A stretch of 64,000 nucleotides of DNA from contig CAVYXG010000001.1 in the NCBI GenBank assembly GCA_963772375.1, positions 856,086 to 920,085 of the forward strand, in the 5' to 3' direction. Source of the stretch: an uncultured Actinomycetes bacterium. Lineage in GTDB: Bacteria > Actinomycetota > UBA4738 > JACQTL01. A model generated the notes under the pieces. It did not search any database. It was not told the origin of the DNA and saw only the letters and a list, made by a program, of their open reading frames with translations. The position numbers and the translations under genes were made by a program. Shown here in pieces: positions 59,201-64,000 of the stretch; position 1 is the stretch's first letter; every line of letters starts with the position of its first letter.

Positions 59201-60427
59201 CTACGCCACCCCCGCCGCGTCGTCGTAGCGGGTGAGGTCGACCTCGTCGAGTTCGACGTCGCCGCGTTCGAGCCGGGACGTGGCCTCCCGGGCCAACCGG
59301 AGCGCCCGGGCGTGGCGAGGGTCGAGCATCACGTCGGCCGGAGCGAAGCTCCGCACGTGCCGGGCGATCTCCTCCCCTTCGAGGTGCACGACCACCTCTC
59401 GCGGTGCCACCCGGACCTGGACACGGCGGCGCACGAGTCCCGGCGGCACGGAGTAGTCCACGTCCCGGACGCGGACGAAGCCGTCCTTCTGGACACGGAC
59501 CTCGAGGCGCTGGTCGACGTCGGGGAGGGGGTGCGGCAGCGCGTGCAGGTACCGCCGCTCGGCGTCGAGGGCCTCGCCGACCCTGCCCCCGACGCGGCGG
59601 TGGTGCCGGCGGTAGGCGACGTCGGTGGTCCAGGCGTCGCACTGGGCTTGCAGGTCGTCGAGGTCGGCGAACGAGCGAAGGGGCAGGAACGAGCCCTCCA
59701 GGTAGCCGTTGGTCCGCTCCACCTGGCCCTTCGACTCGGGCTTTCCCGGGTCGAGCACGATGAGGCGCATCCCGAGGTACCCGCACATGGCGGCGACCTC
59801 AGGGTGCAGGACCGCGGTGGGGCCGGCGCCGGAGGCGATGATCGAGGAGTCGTTGTCGACGACCATGGCGTCGGGGACCCCGCCGAGCCGCGTGAGGGAC
59901 GCCACCACGGCCTGCAGGAAGTCCGCCATCGTCTTGGACAGGCTGTACACCGCGGCGTGGGCGGCCGAGTGCGGGAGCGTGGTCACCCATCCGTACACCT
60001 TCCGGCTCGCGGAGGGGCTGACGGGGATCCTCGTGCCCTTCGGCTCCCACCAGTCGCCGTGGGCGATCTCGCCGGGGAGGTAGGTGGTGCGCTGGTAGCT
60101 CCGGGCGGCCAGGAACGTCGGGCGGACCGTGGCGATGTGGTCCTTGAGGATCGTGATGCCACCCGAGTACCCCTCTGCCCGCAGGTGCTCGAGGACGACG
60201 GTCGCCGGCGCCTCCGCATCGGAGTCGAGCATCGCGGCGACGGAGTCCTTGAACGGGTCGAGCTTCGACCCCTGTGCCTCCCGGACGTAGCGGGGCGGGT
60301 CGGGCAGCTCGAGGAGACGGATCACTGTCGTCCGGCTCATCTGCAGTCGTTTGGCGATCGTCGCCTTGGCCAGGTGCTCGCGGTGGTACAGCCGGTGAAC
60401 CTCGGCCCAGTCGTGCACGTCGTACAC
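59201..60427 (-). CDS. istA: IS21-family transposase IstA (second IS21 element)
   Basis: 408 aa. HTH, then a DDE core (WWEPKG...VVDNDSSI...). Terminal tandem repeats GAGGTGTTCAGT(T/G)TTC at 60480-60530. Confidence 0.8.
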   Translation of the reverse strand: MYDVHDWAEVHRLYHREHLAKATIAKRLQMSRTTVIRLLELPDPPRYVREAQGSKLDPFKDSVAAMLDSDAEAPATVVLEHLRAEGYSGGITILKDHIATVRPTFLAARSYQRTTYLPGEIAHGDWWEPKGTRIPVSPSASRKVYGWVTTLPHSAAHAAVYSLSKTMADFLQAVVASLTRLGGVPDAMVVDNDSSIIASGAGPTAVLHPEVAAMCGYLGMRLIVLDPGKPESKGQVERTNGYLEGSFLPLRSFADLDDLQAQCDAWTTDVAYRRHHRRVGGRVGEALDAERRYLHALPHPLPDVDQRLEVRVQKDGFVRVRDVDYSVPPGLVRRRVQVRVAPREVVVHLEGEEIARHVRSFAPADVMLDPRHARALRLAREATSRLERGDVELDEVDLTRYDDAAGVA

Positions 60428-60650
60428 CCCTTCCTCCTCCCGTCGACGGTGACGGAAGGGTCGGTCGAGAACTGCTCCACGTGTGGGAGGTGTTCAGTTT
60501 TCGACCGGCGCGAGGTGTTCAGTGTTCACCCGGCGTCGACACTCGGGCCCCGGGTCCTCCGGCATTGAGACCGGGCCCTGGTCGGAAGCAGAGTATCCGT
60601 AGCCGCCCAGCGTGGTGCCTGGTTGCGGGCGGAAGTCGAAGGAGGCCGAT

Positions 60651-61052
60651 ATGCGGCTCTCTTGGAGAGACGGGCTCGCCACTCTTTTCGTCGGAACGGG
60701 TGCGGTGTTGTACGCCCTGTGGTTGGCCGGCGTGGAGGTGGGAGGGGTCAGGGTCCTCACGGGGCTCGTCCTGGGACTGGGACTTGCGGCGTCCGTAACC
60801 GCCGTGGTGTACGGGGTTGGCGCGGGGCTCTTGCAGGCGTCGAAGGCGTACCTGGTGGTCGCGTCCGTCATCGGCTTTGCCGCTCTGGTGGCGGGCGTGA
60901 TCGCACTTGTCGGCGCCAACGAGACCATGCTCGCGATGCTCGTGGCCTCGACCGTCGCGCTGTGGGCAATGTCCACCGTGAGGCATGCAGTGTCGACACG
61001 GATAGTCAGGCACGAGCCCGCAACCGAAGTGCCCCTCGAGGAAGCGGCATAG
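60651..61052 (+). CDS. hypothetical membrane protein
   Basis: Four predicted TM helices. The start is set at MRLSWRD, but the ORF opens at 60612. Confidence 0.45.
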   Translation: MRLSWRDGLATLFVGTGAVLYALWLAGVEVGGVRVLTGLVLGLGLAASVTAVVYGVGAGLLQASKAYLVVASVIGFAALVAGVIALVGANETMLAMLVASTVALWAMSTVRHAVSTRIVRHEPATEVPLEEAA

Positions 61053-61419
61053 CAGAGAGCGGATCGCTGCGCCGCGTCGAGGTCCGGACGCCCGCCCAGC
61101 CATCGAGCCGCTGAGGAAGGAGGAGCCATGAAGAGCCGGATGCTAGTCGCCGGTGCTGCCGTGGTCGCGGTTGTGCTCGTTCGTCGCCTCGTCATCAGGT
61201 CGGGGGATGGGAGCGGATGCTCGAGCGGATGCCGGACACCGCCCCGCCGAAGTGGATGTTCCGCAACATCGGCGCCATCCGGGAGAACACCGATCGCATC
61301 CTCGAACTGCTCGAGGACAACAGGGTGCCCCTGCCGGCAGAGGAACCGGGAAGAGCCGCCTGAGGATCGACGATGTGGCGAGCAACTCGGTGTGGACCGA
61401 GATGGGAGGCGAGCGGACG

Positions 61420-62145
61420 ATGAGAGTGCTGGTCGTGTACGCGCACTACAATCCCGAGTCCTTCTGCCATGCGGTCCTGGAGCAAGTCACGAAGGGCCTC
61501 CGGGACGGTGGACATACGTACGAGGTCGTCGATCTCTACGCCATCGGCTTCGATCCGGTCTTCCGCATCGAGGACGGCCACCGGTTCCTGGATCGGTCCA
61601 CGCCCCGGGCGCTGTTGGACGAGGCCGATCTCAAGGCGCGCATCGTTGCATCTGCCGGTGGACCCATCCGTCGGCTTGTGGCGAAGCGATACGTGCGTGA
61701 CAAGGGCCTCGACGACATCGTCGACCTGATCAACTCGCGGCGGCCGAAGGACGTCGTGGAACAGCAGGCGAAGGTGGCCGCGTCCGAGGGACTCATCCTC
61801 ATTGCGCCCGTGTTCTGGATGGGCCTCCCGGCCATCATGAGCGGGTGGATCCACCGGGTGTTCAGCTACGGGTTCGTGTACTCGATGACGCCGGAGGGCT
61901 GGGGCGGGCATTTGAGCGGCCGCATCCCGCTCATGAAGCAGCGAAAGGCCCTCATCATCAACACCACCTTCTTCAGCGAAGACGACTACCGGGAGGGCGG
62001 CTGGCAGGCCGCTATGGGCAAGATCCTCGGGGAGTGGAGCCTGATGATGCCGGGGGTCAAGGATGTGGAGCATGTGTTCTTGTACTCGCCGCTCGCCGTG
62101 GACGACCGGTCCGGAGCGGGTACCTGGAGAGGGCTTACCGCCTAG
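61420..62145 (+). CDS. NAD(P)H:quinone oxidoreductase-like flavodoxin-fold protein
   Basis: MRVLVVYAHYNPESF...LIAPVFWMGLPAIMSGWIHRVF. GGGAGG RBS. Confidence 0.75.
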   Translation: MRVLVVYAHYNPESFCHAVLEQVTKGLRDGGHTYEVVDLYAIGFDPVFRIEDGHRFLDRSTPRALLDEADLKARIVASAGGPIRRLVAKRYVRDKGLDDIVDLINSRRPKDVVEQQAKVAASEGLILIAPVFWMGLPAIMSGWIHRVFSYGFVYSMTPEGWGGHLSGRIPLMKQRKALIINTTFFSEDDYREGGWQAAMGKILGEWSLMMPGVKDVEHVFLYSPLAVDDRSGAGTWRGLTA

Positions 62146-62205
62146 GGAAGGAGTTCGAGCCAGCGGGCGAAGTGCGTCACCCAGCCGCGTGAGGTTCAGC
62201 CGTCG

Positions 62206-62523
62206 CTACCCAGCGGAGACGGGCTCGGACGCGAAGATCGCCGCGACCCGTTCGAGATCGCCGTCCCTCAGCGAGTAGTACACCCAGCGACCGCGCCTCT
62301 GCCGCTCGAGGATGCCGGCCTCGTACAGGCGCTTGAGGTGGTGGCTGACGGTGGGCTGGGACAACCCGAACGGCTCGGTGAGATTGCAGACGCACGCCTC
62401 CGCCCTGTTTGCGCCCCGATCAGACTCACGAGGCGAAGGCGCGCGGGGTCGGCCAGGTCCTGTTTTGAGAAGCGGTGCCCCGCGGTTGTTGGTCACACGG
62501 CGACCCATCGCGAGGACGACCAC
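62206..62523 (-). CDS. ArsR/SmtB-family regulator (N-terminus atypical)
   Basis: ACVCNLTEPFGLSQPTVSHHLKRLYEAGILERQRRGRWVYY. The first roughly 45 aa are non-homologous. Confidence 0.5.
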   Translation of the reverse strand: MVVLAMGRRVTNNRGAPLLKTGPGRPRAPSPRESDRGANRAEACVCNLTEPFGLSQPTVSHHLKRLYEAGILERQRRGRWVYYSLRDGDLERVAAIFASEPVSAG

Positions 62524-62977
62524 ATCTCGCGGAGCTGGGCGACGAGACTTCCGGCCTGTTCGGCGCCAGGCTCATGCGCGCAATGTCGTCGTAGCCGCCG
62601 CGATCGACCCCGACGTTCGGACGACAAGTCCCAATGGCGAGGGTCCATGCGGCACCCCCTGGCGAAGGGGCATCGGCCTAGGTTGGTGGACGGCTGCCGA
62701 ACGCTGGGATACCGAGAAGGGTGCGTCTGACGGGGGTCACAGTCGATCGTCCCGCCCATTCGATCGACACGATGCAGGTACCGGAGGTGAGAGAACCGAG
62801 GTGGCAGCGCATACGAAGTTGTCGCGGGAGCCCTGCTCGCCATCACCGGCATCGGGATCGTCCTCGGCACAATCACGAACGAGGCGCTCTACCGTGAACC
62901 GAGGATGGGACGCTGCCGGGTCGCACCTGGTCGCGCCATCGCTAACACCGCTGGCACCGAGCACGACGTAGCCTTCC

Positions 62978-63898
62978 ATGGTCGACGATCTCTTGCTTCG
63001 CGCCGAGGGGCTCTCCCTCCGGTACCCGACCGGCACCCTCGCCATCGACGAGCTGACAGTCGAGGTCCCCCGCGGTTGCGTGGGGCTGGTCGGTGCCAAC
63101 GGCGCCGGGAAGACGACGCTGCTGCGCCTGGCGCTGGGCCAGTTGCGCCCCACCGCGGGCACGATCGAGGTCGTGGGGCGGGCCGTGGCCGACGATCCGA
63201 TCGGGGTACGGGCCCACATCGGCTTCATGCCCGAGCACGACTGCCTTCCCTCCGACCAGACGGCTGCCGACGTCGTCGCCACCCTCGGCGAACTGGCCGG
63301 TCTGCCGCCCCGCGCCGCGCGCCAACGCGCCTCGGAGGTGCTCGACATCGTCGGCTTGGACGAGGCGCGGTTCCGGCCGATCGGCGGCTTCTCGACGGGC
63401 ATGCGCCAGCGCACGAAGCTGGCCCAGGCGATCGTCGCCGACCCGGAGGTGGTACTGCTCGACGAGCCCACCGCCGGCCTCGACCCGATCGGTCGTGAGG
63501 AGATGCTCGCCCTCGTGGGCCGGCTCGCCGGCTTCGGTATCTCTGCGCTCGTGGCCACCCACCTGCTCGACGACGTGCAACACGTGTGCGATCAGGTGGT
63601 GATGATGGACGGCGGCAAGCTGCGCCATGCCGGCGCCATCCAGGCCCTCGTGCACCGCACCGGCGCCTTGCGAGTCGAGGTGACCGACGGCGCCGCACGC
63701 CTCGCCGACCTCCTGAGCCTCGCCGGCGTCGCGGTCGCCGTGGTCGACGACGCCACCCTGGATATGCGGGTCGACGGCGACGAGGGCCAGGTGCTCGACC
63801 TGGTGCGCGACGGCGCCGACGACCTCGGGCTCGGCCTCCACGCCATGACCACACGACGAACCTCCCTCGACGAGCTCTTCTTGGATGAGCCCCGGTGA
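62978..63898 (+). CDS. ABC transporter ATP-binding protein (ABC-2/DrrA-like)
   Basis: Walker A GANGAGKTT, signature STGMRQR, Walker B VLLDEPTAGLD. Confidence 0.85.
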   Translation: MVDDLLLRAEGLSLRYPTGTLAIDELTVEVPRGCVGLVGANGAGKTTLLRLALGQLRPTAGTIEVVGRAVADDPIGVRAHIGFMPEHDCLPSDQTAADVVATLGELAGLPPRAARQRASEVLDIVGLDEARFRPIGGFSTGMRQRTKLAQAIVADPEVVLLDEPTAGLDPIGREEMLALVGRLAGFGISALVATHLLDDVQHVCDQVVMMDGGKLRHAGAIQALVHRTGALRVEVTDGAARLADLLSLAGVAVAVVDDATLDMRVDGDEGQVLDLVRDGADDLGLGLHAMTTRRTSLDELFLDEPR

Positions 63899-64000
63899 CC
63901 ACACCGCTCGAGTCTCCCGCCGGCGCCGTCTACGACCGTGGCTACCGTCCCTACGAGGGCGAGCTCGGGGGCCGCGGCGCCGCCCGCGCTGCGCTCGTGC
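63895..64000 (+). CDS. ABC-2-type permease, 5' partial at window end
   Basis: GTG overlaps the ATPase stop. Only 35 codons are visible. Confidence 0.35.
   Translation, partial: MTTPLESPAGAVYDRGYRPYEGELGGRGAARAALV

Overview
High-GC (about 70%) actinobacterial-type chromosomal segment. Coordinates marked approximate come from reading the six-frame track against the sequence by eye. (1) 1-14.7 kb: an intact protocatechuate/4-hydroxybenzoate beta-ketoadipate cluster on the minus strand, pcaH-pcaG-pcaB-pcaD-pcaC with 4-bp start/stop overlaps. It is followed by a LivFGHM-type ABC importer with a TAT lipoprotein substrate-binding protein and an IclR regulator. Divergent from these are an aldehyde dehydrogenase, pobA, a MetE-like Zn methyltransferase and a cyclase-family protein. 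(2) 15-26 kb: housekeeping-like genes (GNAT, DUF983, GHKL anti-sigma-type kinase, SPL-like radical SAM). A tRNA-His/tRNA-Lys pair is followed by a tyrosine-integrase C-terminal remnant and lower-GC cargo. Then come two RibD-C/DHFR-family reductases, a YciI-like plus COG4941-type ECF sigma pair, and a glycogen-debranching-type glucosidase. (3) From 26.0 kb: an intact tRNA-Leu(TAG) followed by at least four further perfect 53-nt copies of its 3' half (anticodon loop to 3' end). These sit at 34.4, 38.0, 45.9 and 50.7 kb, with a degenerate copy at 39.7 kb and an inverted tRNA-Leu(CAG)-derived copy at 50.5 kb. Each is followed by conserved arm-like CTTGCTCAC tandem motifs. This delimits tandemly accreted, integrase-less island segments. 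Their cargo is: a 1758-aa SARP-Ser/Thr kinase-NB-ARC-TM-WD40 protein divergent from three secreted proteins; two class III nucleotide cyclases (HTH-CHD, and alpha/beta-hydrolase-CHD LipJ-like) plus a GT4 glycosyltransferase; and a secreted M1-like metallopeptidase with Ig-like and pentapeptide-repeat domains. The remaining cargo: IS630 fragments flanking a 5'-truncated group II intron, two IS21 elements, a P1B-5 (PCP motif) P-type ATPase with C-terminal hemerythrin, a decayed ars cluster (ArsR-ACR3 intact, arsC and a flavoprotein reductase degraded), an NQO-like flavoprotein and an ABC exporter ATPase. Many long ORFs in the track are antisense artefacts of the high GC content and were not called.
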